From Felis catus (taxonomy: Eukaryota): DNA of 64,000 bases. The notes under the pieces are model-generated. The model worked only from the letters and a program-made list of their open reading frames with translations. It had not been told where the DNA came from and did no database searches. A program made the translations under genes and the position numbers. The stretch spans positions 4,278,001 through 4,342,000 of the forward strand of contig NC_058368.1 in the NCBI RefSeq assembly GCF_018350175.1. The letters run 5' to 3'. How positions within the stretch are numbered: position 1 is the stretch's first letter; each line of letters starts with the position of its first letter. Of this stretch, positions 49,564 through 61,880 are shown in pieces.

Positions 49564-49780
49564 GGGGCGCCTGGGTGGCTCAGTCAGTTGGGCGTCCGAC
49601 TTCGGCTCAGGTCATGATCTCACAGCTCGTGGGTTCGAGCCTCGCGTCGGGCTCTGGGCCGACAGCTCAGAGCCTGGAGCCTGCTTCGGATTCTGTGTTT
49701 CCCTCTCTCTCTGCTCCTGCCCTGCTTGCTCTCTCTCTCTCTCTCTCTCTCTCTCAAAAATATATAAACATTAAAAAAAG
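49564..49780 (+). mobile_element. Can-SINE with perfect 17-bp TSD
   Basis: TSD tttaaaaaataattttc at 49546-49562 and 49781-49797. Confidence 0.96.
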
Positions 49781-51253
49781 TTTAAAAAATAATTTTCCAA
49801 GTTATTACCTTCCAAGTAGTCTTTCCCTTTCCTTTTTCTTCTGTTTGTACAGAGGCTCCACACAGAGTCTCCTCCTCCCTCGCCTTCGGCGAGGAAAAGA
49901 CCCAGAGGCTTCTCTCTGGGTTTCCCAGGGGCACCGTTTCTGACCGGCGGGTTGATGTGTCTTCAAGTCCATTCCCAGAACGGAGTTAGCATTTGTGTAC
50001 TGCGAGTTTGTCCGGTAAGATCTTTCCTTTCCTTGGCTCAGAGACTGAATAAACGGGGTGGAGCTTGGACACAGTTGCATTCCTCCCTGGGCACCAGGAT
50101 CGGGGCTCTTCCTGTGGCCATCACCCCGTCAAGCCTAGCCTGCCCTTCCCCAGTGTTGTCTGGGTATAGAGACGGCTCCCCTGGCAGGCTTGCCCTATTC
50201 CCTGCTTCCTGCCCAAGTATTCGCTGTGAGATGCAGTTTCCAAGTGTTCGCAGACGGAGAGATTCAAATGGGGAGGAGGTGGAAACGCGATAAATGGCAG
50301 CACCCTGGCCAATGTAAGCGCCCTGCCCTGGTGGTAGGCCAGCGGCTCTGCCTTCTGTCAGGTGCACACTTCGGGTTTCTCAGCGCGAGCAGGAGGTGGG
50401 GGCAGAAGGGAAGGTCTGTCAGCCTCGCGCCCAGGGGGATCCGGGACGCGTGGGCCACTGACATTTCTTCATCCGGTCTCATCTGTTTCCGAGCTTGTAG
50501 AAATCCCTCCAGATCCTACGAATAGGCTGGACATGTGTTCTAGCTGTGGGGATTTTAAATCTTGCCGTTTGCTTCATCTCTGGTCATTTAGTGAGAGGCA
50601 GAAGAGGGTGTTAGCGGATGCCATTTTAAGCTCAAGTCTATAATTAAATTCTCAACTTTGATGGTAGGAAAAACCCACTGAAGAATTTCTCTCCTATTAG
50701 TAACAGGCAGTGATACAATATGCAAGGATGCAAAGCAGATAGGTTCAGGATGAAGGCAGACGTGGCCTGAATCCCACTTTCCTTGTTTACCAGTTGCTGG
50801 GTCTTGGCACATTTGCTGGTTGATTGCCCTTCCCTTTGTACTTTCATAATCAAGCCCGAAAAGCATGAGTTCAAGTCCTCTCTGTCCTGAGCCCACCCGT
50901 GCAGTGCCCAAGCACTCAGACGAACCCAGTGCAGTCAACTACAAGTACTTTGGAAACCATAATTGCTCCACGTGCATTTTCAAGTGGCAATCATTCAAAA
51001 GAACTACACGTGTAACTCTTCTAAAGACTGTTGCAAACTAAAATAAGTTTGCTTTTAATTAAGTCTCTAATTGAACCAATTAGAGATCAATGCAAGGGGA
51101 AAAGTTCAACAGGAGACTGGTTGGATTAAGGAAATGCCCATACTTTGCATTTAACTACGCTAGGCTCTAGTTTTTATTAGCTCATTGAGTAGATTTCCAT
51201 ATGTTCAAAAATCTGCCAAACAGGCTAAAAGCCAGAATAATTAAAACAAATTA

Positions 51254-51259
51254 TTTATT
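51254..51259 (-). terminator. MIPEP: MIPEP poly(A) signal (3'UTR ~51235-51401)
   Basis: tttatt on + (AATAAA on -), about 145 nt downstream of the stop codon. Confidence 0.8.
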
Positions 51260-51401
51260 CCCAGTTCCATCCATTTAAGCTTTCTCAGAAGTTATTACAG
51301 AAGTGAATACTGAAAGCAGAAACGAGAGTTCACAGCTGTACCATTTACAGCAAAGTTCATCTCTACAATGGCCTTGATTTAAAAGATCCAAGGTGCTTCC
51401 G

Positions 51402-51569
<168 letters not shown>

Positions 51570-51766
51570 CTAGGGGAACATTCTGGCTTTTTGAAATGAG
51601 AGCTTGGCTCTATGACCTGTGTGAACATTACAAAAAGTCATGAGTAAAAAAAAAAATTCATGGTCAGTATGCGGGCCCTGAAGCTATTTATGATTTTAAT
51701 ATATTTTTACTATCTAATCAGCAGTTAGAATAGAGATTTAGGACCAAATAGGTTTCCCCAGAGTTA

Positions 51767-51992
51767 AAAAAAAATTTTTTTTAACATTATTTATTTTTGA
51801 GAGACAGAGAGCGGCAGAGCATGAGCAGGGGAGGGGGAGAGAGAGACACACACACACAGAATCCGAAGGAGGCTCCAGGCTCTGAGCTGTTTGTTAGCAC
51901 AGAGCCCGATGCGGGGCCCAAAGTCACGAACCGCGAGACCATGATCTGAGCCGAAGTCGGACACTCAACCGACTGAGCCACCCAGGCGCCCC
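51767..51992 (-). mobile_element. Can-SINE in the MIPEP last intron (sense to MIPEP)
   Basis: Reverse head gagccacccaggcgcccc; T-rich tail. Confidence 0.95.
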
Positions 51993-52709
51993 TCCCAAGA
52001 GTTTTTATATTGCAGATATTACTATATACTTAGAGTGATGTTAGAGGACTGAATTGTTAGTTATCTTTGAGTGCATTGGTTCAGAACTTAATACGTTTAT
52101 TTGCTTATCAAGTTTTACTGTGAGGTTCTATACACTTTAAAATCAACCAAGTGTAACTCTTTTGTAGAAATCTCCTATCAGAGTCAAGTTATTGGCTTCC
52201 CTCCAGATTTTCCTATTTTGGAGAACTCCTAGATTTGCAACTTTCTAATTGTATAATGAGGAATCATCTAAAATATCTGGTACTCAGATTTCGTCATTTA
52301 ACATTTGAGGTGGCTATAAATATAAAACAAGAAGATGTAATAGAAAACAAGGAGGCATCGTGTCTAGCATGTCTTAACAATTCGGTAAAAAGCTAAATTT
52401 ATCACCACTCTTCACTCTCAAAGAAGCCAAGATTCAAGCAATCAACGTTGTTGTTTTGACCATTATTCTTGGCAGATAATTCTTGGCTAACTCAAGGGTT
52501 GAGCAGGGCTCTATACACTGGCCTTTAATTTGGGGGTGGATCCCATAAAACTCATTCCAAAACAGAGACATTAAAAGATTGACAGAGTCCTCTATTATCA
52601 TCTCAGTCTTTAATGCAATTCAATTAAGATGTCTTGAGTATTTACTGTGTGTAAAGGATGAGGCCAGGTCACGAGCATTCAAAGACAAGCAGGCTAAGTC
52701 ACAATATGA

Positions 52710-54470
52710 CTAACTGTGAAAGCTAAAATTATGAAGCGTGTAGAAGAAAATACCTTTGTGACTTTGAGGTAGGCAAAGGTTTCTTAGACAAGAAAGTAAC
52801 AATAACCACAGAAGAAAAAAAACGATATGCTAGATCTCATCAAAAACAACAACAACAAGAAACTTCTGTTTTTTAAAAAGAAACCATTAAGGAAATGAAT
52901 AGGTAAATGACAGAATAGGGGAAAACACTCAACATATATATCATATATATCTCATAATGGATTGGTATCCAGAATATATAAAGGACTCCTTCAACTTATA
53001 GAAAGTATTTTTAAAAGGCACCTGGGTGGCTCAGTCAGTTGGGTGTCTATTGATTTCGGCTTAGGTCATGATCTCCTGGTTCATGATATGGGGCCCCATG
53101 TCAGACTCATGGTGACAGCAGGGAACCTGCTTAGGACTCTCTCTCTCTCCACTCTCTCTACCTCTCCCCTGACTCGTGGGCACTCTCTCTCTCAAAGAAA
53201 TAAACATTTAGGGGTGGCTGGGTGGCTCCGTCGGTTAAAATTCCTCCAGATTCTCCTATTTTGGAGAACTCCTAAATAGAGCTTTGCCTCAGGCCATGAT
53301 CTTGCAATTCATGGGTTTGAGCCCTACATCAGACTCTCTACTGTCAGTGCAAAGCCCACTTCGAATCCTCTGTCTCCCCCTTTCTTTGTCCCTCCCCTCC
53401 CATGCGCACACGCGCTCTCTCACAAATAAAAAATAAACATTAAATAAACAACCATTCTTAAAAAAAAATTTTAAAAGGGACAACAGGTTTGAGTAGACCT
53501 TTCACAAAAGAAGACAAGCAAATAAACACAACAGGCACTGAGAAGACACGTCATCATTGTCATCTGGGGAAAGAAAACTAAAGAACACAACCACCAGAAT
53601 GGCTAAAATTCCAAAGACCAAACGTTGGCAAGGCTGTGGGCCAGCATGCATTGTCACATATCAGTGATGGAGGGGTGAAGTGGTACAACCACTTTAGAAA
53701 AAGATCTGGAAGTTTCTTCTAAGATTCGCACACATGTACCCCACGACCCAGCCATTTCCTCCCAGGTATTTACCCGAGGGAAATGAAGGCATGTCAACAA
53801 AAAAGGATTTTACAACCCCCAACTAGATTCCATCGATAGGACATGGATAAACAAACACGGTATATTTGGAAAGTGGAATACCACTCAGCAACAAGAACAA
53901 CAACCCACTGATGAGTGAAACAACAACATGGCTGAATGTCAAAAGCCTTCCACGAAGGAGTGCACCCTGTTGGATTTTATTCACAGGAAGTTCAAAGGTG
54001 GGCCAAAGGAGTCTCTGGTGAAAAAACATCAGAAGAGCTGTTGCTTATGGGCGTGGAGAGGACAACTGACTGAGAAGGGACACAAGCCAGCTCTCTGGTG
54101 TGATGGTCACGTTCTATAGATGGGCAGTGATCGGCGTTATTAAGCGTATATATGCCTCAGAATTCATTAAACGGTACATTAAAGATGTATGCATTTCACT
54201 GTCTATAAATATTACCTAAAAAAGAGAAATAGTCATATAATAGTGTCTAGGGCAAAATGTACTGCTGTCTGACACTTGCTTTGAAAAATTATATATATTA
54301 TATACACATGATGGCTTGAGGGGTGGATAGAGGAATGGATGGTTGGATGTGTGACAAAGACAATAAAATGTTCATTGTAGAATCTAAGTGGCAAGCGCGT
54401 GTTTACTGTTCTTTTCATTCAACTTTTCTGAATGTCTGAAAAGTTTCAACACAAAACGTTTGGGAAAAAG
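52710..54470 (+). mobile_element. L1M ORF2-end/3'UTR fragment interrupted by two Can-SINEs (53017-53210, 53211-~53440)
   Basis: ggtaggcaaaggtttcttagaca; gtatccagaatatataaaggactcct; gtggtacaaccactttagaaa; ccaggtatttaccc...aaatgaa. Confidence 0.85.
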
Positions 54471-57400
54471 TCAACTGTGGGTGTTAACAGCATGCAAAGT
54501 GCAGTTGGTGGGAGAAGAGAGGGAGGAAGATGAATTCTGATGGAGAGATTCAGATGGCTTTGTGGAGGGATGGGATCTGAGTGGCAACTTGAAGGACAGG
54601 GAAGGGTCAGGGTCAAATTAGGCCCCTCTAGGTGGAGAGGACGATGTAGGAAGGCACGAAGGTGGGAAAAGGAAAAGAATGTATACTGACCACTAAGTGG
54701 TCTGCTGGGGTCTTGGAGGAAGGGTGGAGGCTCCGGGAGACATGTTTTATAAAGATTATAGGGCTTGGAACGACAGTGACCAGGATGAGAAGGTAACTGG
54801 GCCAGAATGTGAGAGGAAAGCCAACAGCTTGTCACATTTAGGTGCCGGGTTGGGGGGCGGGGGAACCATCAGGCCTCAGTCGGCCTTGAGAACAGAGAGT
54901 TTGGGGGCGGGTCCAGGACGGGACACATGGCCACGGTCATTCCCATCAGGGGGAGCGGCCGCGTGGGAAACTGCCCAAGGACTGGCTTGCGTGGCGGACA
55001 TAAAAACAGTCGTGCCAAACACGTACTCGTAAGCCACGGACTAGACCTGCAGTAGTTAAGAAAATAAGAATGTTGTAATGTTTTCAACTGCAGATCAAAA
55101 TATTCTCATCCTCATCCAAGTTCAATTCTACTATCTTCACCCAGGAAATATCTGAGAAATAAGGAGAAGCTACTGAGGGGGAAGTTCATTGCTTTGTCTT
55201 TATTTACAAAACTAAAGTTCAAAACATAGTTTTCCTTTCCCAGTCAAATAATCTCTACGGGTGAAAGAAGGCCTTTCCTCTGACCCAGCCGCGTCACTAA
55301 GGATGGAAATGGTTGAGTCTTTGATGGTTGCTAAAGTAGCCCATTTCACATTAGATCTTTAGATGTAGGTCATTGCTTAAGTAGAAGCAATCTGATTAAT
55401 AAATCAGGTTTCGGGCACTTCCTACGCGCCAAGTTTCTTAATGCAGAGAACAGCTGTAGGGAAAACATCTAAACGTGGCTCTCAATCAAACGTGTTAACC
55501 GATTACACCCTTTTCTTCCCTTTAGTATGTGAAACATTCTATAATTAAATGACTGGTCATTTATAATTAAATGCCTGGGCCTGTCAGAAGGTAAAACCCA
55601 GTTATTCAGAGCCAACCTGTTCAGTTAAGCATAGCCTCCTGTCCCTTTGAAGTGGTTCACTTTAACTCGACAAACTGCCAATATAAATATGACCTTGCTC
55701 TGTCCTTCGCGGGACGCGGACCTAGCTAGCCCGTGTCCTTCTCCAGTCTCCCATCCTCCACCGTGCCTGCGTCTCAGGGAATGGCAATTCTAGCAACAGC
55801 AAAACAAAAACATACACGCTCATGGCATTTTTAAATAAAATCTGGTCAGAAGTGGTTTGGTCATTTTTGTATGTCATGTGACTGCTAGAGACGAAGGTCC
55901 CCAAAAGAGGAAATCAGGACTCACTGGGATAAAGAATAGTCCTGAGGCAAGAATCCTCTTGGCATATCGTGATGGTATCCTTGCTTTAATTAGATTTAAA
56001 TGTTTGGCAAGTGTCGACATGAACTAGCTTCTACACAGAGAATTAAAAGAAAAATGCGACGTTTGCAGGCAGTTCCTTAAATAAGAAAAATTGAAATTAG
56101 CTTTCATATGTGTGTATGGTCCAGAAAGTTCCAGGAACTCTTTGATTTTTTAAAAAGCTGACAAAGACGTCCCCCTTGTCTTCAAGTCGTAATCTTAAAG
56201 GGTGATGATTAGACCCGCGGTCTCTTGGGAGCCCCTGGGAGCCAGGTTGGAGCTGTTCAGTCCCTGAGTGGAATTTCCAAACGTGTTTCACCGTGGAAGT
56301 TACCTAAACTGGGGGCGGTGGGGGGGGGGGGGGGGGGGAGGTGGGGAGAGGGACAGACGGATTTTGCCAAAAGAAGACTGAAACCTCACAACTAAAAAGA
56401 GGGAAGTGTTGACAGCCATGTGAGAAAGACAAAGTTGCATTAGGACAGACTCCGCACATATCAGTTCATAAAAAGGAAAAGAGGGAGTTGACGTTCATCT
56501 GTCCTAGAGGAAGAGACAATACGTAATGAGTAGCTGAAGAATGATGATTTAATTTATTTTTCTCCTCATTTTACCTGAGGGGCAAATGGGCTGATAAAAG
56601 TCGGTGCAAGCCAGGACATTTTCGTCTCGACCGCTCCGCTCCAACTAGCATGTTTCATAACCTTGCAATTATTCTGGGCCCGACTAAAATAAATTATGAT
56701 ATCAAAAGGATTCCAAGACTGACTCTTGAGGCAGTGGGGGTTTCCAAATTGTACTCTGTGCTATTCTTTCCAGTGCCTGTTGGCACAGAGCTGGGAATAA
56801 GTGAGGGTGAGGACAGCAGGCATGAGGACCTGACCCCACACACGGCTGGTCGAGAAGGGGTTCAGCAGAAAACAAAGCGCTGATAGCAGGTATCTGCCGA
56901 TCATTTACTATGGGCCAGGCACCTCGCTAAGAGCATCAACTCATCGGAACCTTAAAGCACATCTGTGAGGAACCTACCTTGCTAATAAAGCAGAGCAAAG
57001 AGAGATCACACGATTCTTACTTTTTTGTTGTTGTTGTTGAACCCTGGAAGCCTGGTGCCAGAGCCCACGCTCTCGGAGCGTGGGGACGTACTGTCTCGTG
57101 CCCTGGGGTTTTGTAAAACAACACATTCTCAAAAGGTCCACATTTAAATACCGGCATCCCGGATACGACAGAACCCGTATGTGTGGGGACATTCTGGACG
57201 GGTGGGGGGAGTCTGATAGCTGCCTGATGCCACCGCGGCTACACGGACCCAACCTATTAACTGTCCCCTCGCTGCCTTGAAGACGGAGCCAAAATGTCCA
57301 TTGTCTTTTGGGCAACTCGGTTTTGGCGCCACGGTTTACCCTTTGCAAACGGTCACAGCTACTTAACTATCCGTGGCGGTGGAGTGCAGAGGACCCTGGG

Positions 57401-57989
57401 AGCAGGCTCTACTGAAAAGGCCAGCACGGGGAACGTGGCTCTGCCCGGCCGTGACCGGGACCCGAAGCTCGGCCGTGCTCGGCCGCTGCTGCTGCAGTTC
57501 GAGGCATGACACCGGCAGAAGGAAGTGCCTAGGAGCTCTGCGCTTAAGGACGTCTTCTGGGTGGCCTCCAAGTATCTGTGGTAACTCCTTGCAAACAGAA
57601 GCCCTTACATGTTTAAGGGGCTCCCAGCTCTGCATATTTCTACGCTTTTACCGAGAACAAATTCTGTCAGTTCCAAGATGAGTTCAGTGCGTGTACGAAG
57701 CTGCCGGTTTACGCCCTGTTAGTTTGTAATGTATAATACATAATCTAACCAGGCTATTATTTAAGTATCAACATATTCTTGGCAGGAACTCTTTAACCTC
57801 TTGAGTGCCCATCTGGATGTCCAAGTAATACAATTATTTGAAAAAAATGACAGGGCAACTGGTTGGCATGTCGATTATGCCTCTAAGACAACCTGGCAAA
57901 CAGGGAATCTTGTTATGGTCCCCTTTACTAAGTGCCCCGAGAACACGGAAAATGACTGGGGCACTTGAAACCACTGTATATATACATGG

Positions 57990-58087
57990 AGCTCCCAACA
58001 CGGGGCTCGATCCCATGACCCTGGGATCATGCCCTGAGGCAAAATAAAGAGCCAGATGCTTAAATGACTGAGCCACCCAGGCACCCC
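57990..58087 (-). mobile_element. Can-SINE head fragment
   Basis: ggggctcgatcccatgaccctgggatcatg...gagccacccaggcacccc. Confidence 0.88.
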
Positions 58088-58259
58088 TAGAATTATCCTG
58101 AACCTTGGAAGGGAAGAGTTAACGCCTCCTCTTTGGGTCTATTTCACATCTTGCTTAACACCAACCAAGGGTGCCCAAATAAAGCTGTGGCTGAGTATGA
58201 CCAAAGTTTAGTGAATGCAAAGCAGGGTGACTGAAGTAACTATAAATAAAATCTTTGTA

Positions 58260-58467
58260 GGGGCGGCTGGGTGGCTCAGTTAGTTGGGCGTTCGACTTCA
58301 GCTCAGGTCATGATCTCGTGGTCCATGAGTTCGAGCCCCGCGTCAGGCTCTGTGCTGACAGCTCAGAGCATGGAGCCTGTTTCAGATTCTGTGTCTCCCT
58401 CTCTCTCTGCCTCTTCCCCACTCGTGCTCTGTCTCTCTCAGAAATAAACACTACAAAAAAAAAAAAA
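58260..58467 (+). mobile_element. Can-SINE (antisense to MIPEP)
   Basis: Full element; aaaatctttgt on both flanks. Confidence 0.95.
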
Positions 58468-58642
58468 TCTTTGTGAAGTTTTTTTTTCTTTCAGTCATTC
58501 ACTTATTCACTCACTCACTGTGTATCTGAGTGCCTAAAGTCAACTGAAGGCAGGCAAAAAGATCACACAGTTATTAGGAAGGTATAGTATATACACTATG
58601 TATAAAAATGACTAAGAATCTGTTCTATAGGAATATAAAACG

Positions 58643-58785
58643 GCATAGTTCTCAGACAAACATCATGGGTATTACCTGGGAACCTGCTAGAAATACAAAT
58701 GCTTGGTCTCAACCCCAGACCTACTGAATCGGGAACCGGGAGGGAACTTGGCAGGCAGTGATTCTGATGAAGTGTGAGTGCCGCA
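58643..58785. mobile_element. MER5A-like hAT MITE
   Basis: acctgggaacctgctagaaatacaaatg...ccccagacctactgaatc...gtgattctgatg. Confidence 0.8.
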
Positions 58786-61724
58786 GCCCAGATGGACATG
58801 TGGAAGCTGAGGAAAGTGGAAAATGCGATCGGGTTTCTCTCCGTTGGCAACTCTAACTCGCACAGGACGGGGCAAGGGAGATGTATTCCTATTCTATTCA
58901 GCTAACCTAGAAAAAAACATTTGTTTCTCAAGTGACATAGGAAACAAAAGCAGGATTGGCTTGGGACACCGTTCAAAGTTATGATTGCCAGGCCTCGAGA
59001 GAGAGGACACAGCTGGCTGGACAGGCCCCTGAAAGGATCCAGTGGCCTTGGCATGAAAACAGTCTGAAAATCTGGGGGCGGAGGAGGCGGGAAGGAAGCC
59101 GAGGGGAGCCGTGGCGCAGTGGGAGGGGGCGCACCGGACTGGCCTGGCTGAGAGGGGTCCCAGACGGGAGGCGAGCTTCGGAGGCGGGAGGCGGGGTTTT
59201 TGTTTTAGGAAAGGAAGCAGAGCGTACTTTGATCCCTAGCAACTCCCTGGGAGACAGCGCTTGGTGTTTCTCGATGACCGATGACCGACTCTCTGGTGAG
59301 GACGGCTCAGAACACATCTCAGAGGCTTCCTTCACGTAGCGATTCTGACCGTTCGGAGCTTGAGAACTGCAATCAGCTCTGTCCTTGAGAACTGTCCTCC
59401 GTGGACAGGAGCCCAGAGGGCCCAGCAGGGGCGCCTTCTCCAGGGAAAAGACAGGGAGGTCCATACAGGAGCCCGTGGTTGGCAGGAATGTCGCGAATTC
59501 TGTGAAAATGGGGTCCTCCTAGGGTGACTCAGAGAAGGGGGGAAGACGGGGGAGCTGGATGTTGGTGAGGTCGACTCCCCATAGACTTGACAAGCTCCCT
59601 CCTTGAAGGGGTTCGGAAAGGACACCCCGGCCTGGATGTTCCACGCCCCACGGCAGGGAGCAGGCGTCCTATCCAAGACGGAAATTCTGTGCAAACATTT
59701 ACAAAAAGTTAAATGCTCTGAATACCTGTGTGCTAGAGACACTAGGCACACGGATACGAGTGGGACACGATTTCTGTTCTTGACAAGTTCATTATCTGGG
59801 GAGAAAACCACGGAGATACGTAATAGCGAACGTAGAACAAAAGTGTATATAAGGTACAGACGGAGTCGGCGCAAAGGCGGGAGTGATTGAGTCACGAGCT
59901 CATCGTGGCGAAAGCCCCCTGGGACCATGTCGTTCCTTCTCCCGAGACACCGGACACTGCACCTTCTGAGCTCTGTTGTGACTTCCCCCTTTGATTCTGT
60001 GGCCACCTGCACAGTATTCCAAAAAAATTCTGCTTTGGTAAGCCAGAGTGGGTTCTATTTCTTCAAGAAGATTCCTACTTGATAAGAAGATCAGTTCACA
60101 AGTTATTAAAAGGAATTTAGGGACGCCTGGGGGACACTGATATTTTTGTTTGATTAAGGACCAACTTTCCAGACCCAGGGCTTGGACTAGAGGCAGGGTT
60201 TTTTGTTTGTTTGTTTGTTTTTTGGTTTTTTTTGCACATTTAAATAAGTCTGTCTTTCCTCAGATTCAGAAAGCCTGAGTGACACACAGCAAGCTTTATG
60301 TCGGATTTACTCTCTCCAAGTTCACTGGGGAGGAAAGGAGACTCTTCCTGGCCAAAGAGGAAAGACAAGCATCCCACTGTCTCACAGTCCTGGCCAGGTG
60401 TGCTGGGAGGCGTAAAGGGGGTCTAAGAAGCAGGTAGGATTGTCTCAGGAGTGTTCGGGTCCTCCTGAAGCGGGTTCTCTCCCTGTACAATCAAGGGAAA
60501 AAAATCGCCTTTACGTTTGTGGGTTTCAAAGGTGCAACGCAAGTTCGAGGATTGGCTGTTGTCCGAGGCTGGCCAGGAGAGATGAGGCCTGGGTGGTCCA
60601 TATTCGGGGGCCAGGTGGAGGTAAGCCCGACACCTATCGGACTGGCCACGTGTTCAGAGCCCAAGATAGCCAGGGAAAAAGAACTCCTCAGTTCTTTGAA
60701 AATCAAAGCTAAAAGGCAATCATATTCTGACCTTTCAGACACTGGTATTTGGCTTAAATTATATCAGTCAAGTTTACAGTTAGGGCCTACAGGTACCATT
60801 TATTTAGGGGTCAGGCTGGTGGACCAAGACAAGCCGTAGGCCCCCAAAAGGGAATGTGCTGGGGAACCCCTCCTGGGAACACAGCCCACTCTGTAAAAAC
60901 CAGCCAGGTAACTACCATGTGGTCTGATAAACAACCTCGTGGGCAATGTGCAGGTGCAGGTGAGGATTTTAGGCTGAATGGACCATTATCTGGCTTGGCA
61001 TAGCGTTCCATAACTTAACATTTCAGTGTAATTCTCCTCTTCTGACTATACCAAGGTTCTCCTTTGCAGGGATGCCCAGGGGAGATAGAGAGGAAAGATA
61101 AATTCTTCCTTTTGTAAACAAAACTTCAGAAGCCTCTAAACAAGGTACTATATCCTGATGGTTAAAGCGAGGGTTTGGTGAGCGACCACCTGAATTAACC
61201 AACTGGGTAAGGACCTTAGACCAGTCCCTTAACTTTCCATACCTCGTTTCTGCTCAGAGCAATCGGAAGTAAAGGTAAAATGTTAGAGTGGAATATAATG
61301 TTTGAAAATCATAAACCTGACAGAATGTCACCTTCTTTGCTAGACTGTTGCAAGAATTAAATAACACAGTGCATTTCCGACAGAAAATGCTCCGAAATTG
61401 GTAACAATAACAACCAGATCCAAAGGTTTATAAAGACCTACTTCCCAGTTCAGTGAATTGAAGAATGAGGTAGGCTGCTTACTTATTTATTTGCACAAGG
61501 TGAATTCCAAAACATTGGTCTGTGATTAAGAATTTAGGATAAGCTCATCAAACTCACAGTCCCAAGCGAGTTACCCAACTTGGTGTACTTTTTTCTACTT
61601 TTTGCCGTATCTGCTTTTTAGGAGACAACTGTTTCTCAGCTAAATGAAGAAAACTAAAAAGAGGGAAACAAAAGATGCAACGAAAACCCTTATTAGGAGC
61701 TCTGAGGAAAGGTCTGTCAAGAAG

Positions 61725-61880
61725 AGATCACCGGGATGATGGGAAAGTTCTGGAAATGGACAGGGGTGATGGTTACAGGATTGGGAATATAGGACATTGT
61801 GAATGCCCACTGAAATGCATATTTAAAAATGGCTAAAATGGTAAATTTTATATTATATATCCTTTACCCTTATTTAAAAA
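61725..61880 (+). mobile_element. L1M extreme 3' fragment
   Basis: gatgatgggaaagttctggaaatggacaggggtgatggttac...aaaaatggctaaaatggtaaatttta. Confidence 0.8.

Noticed and set aside
54943..54956. CTCF-like motif ccatcagggggagc
   Set aside because: A single imperfect match in GC-rich sequence; not supportable without PWM scoring or ChIP data.
58956..60012. 226-aa and 161-aa ORFs in the MIPEP intron
   Set aside because: No recognisable homology; they partly overlap repeat-like sequence and use non-ATG starts.
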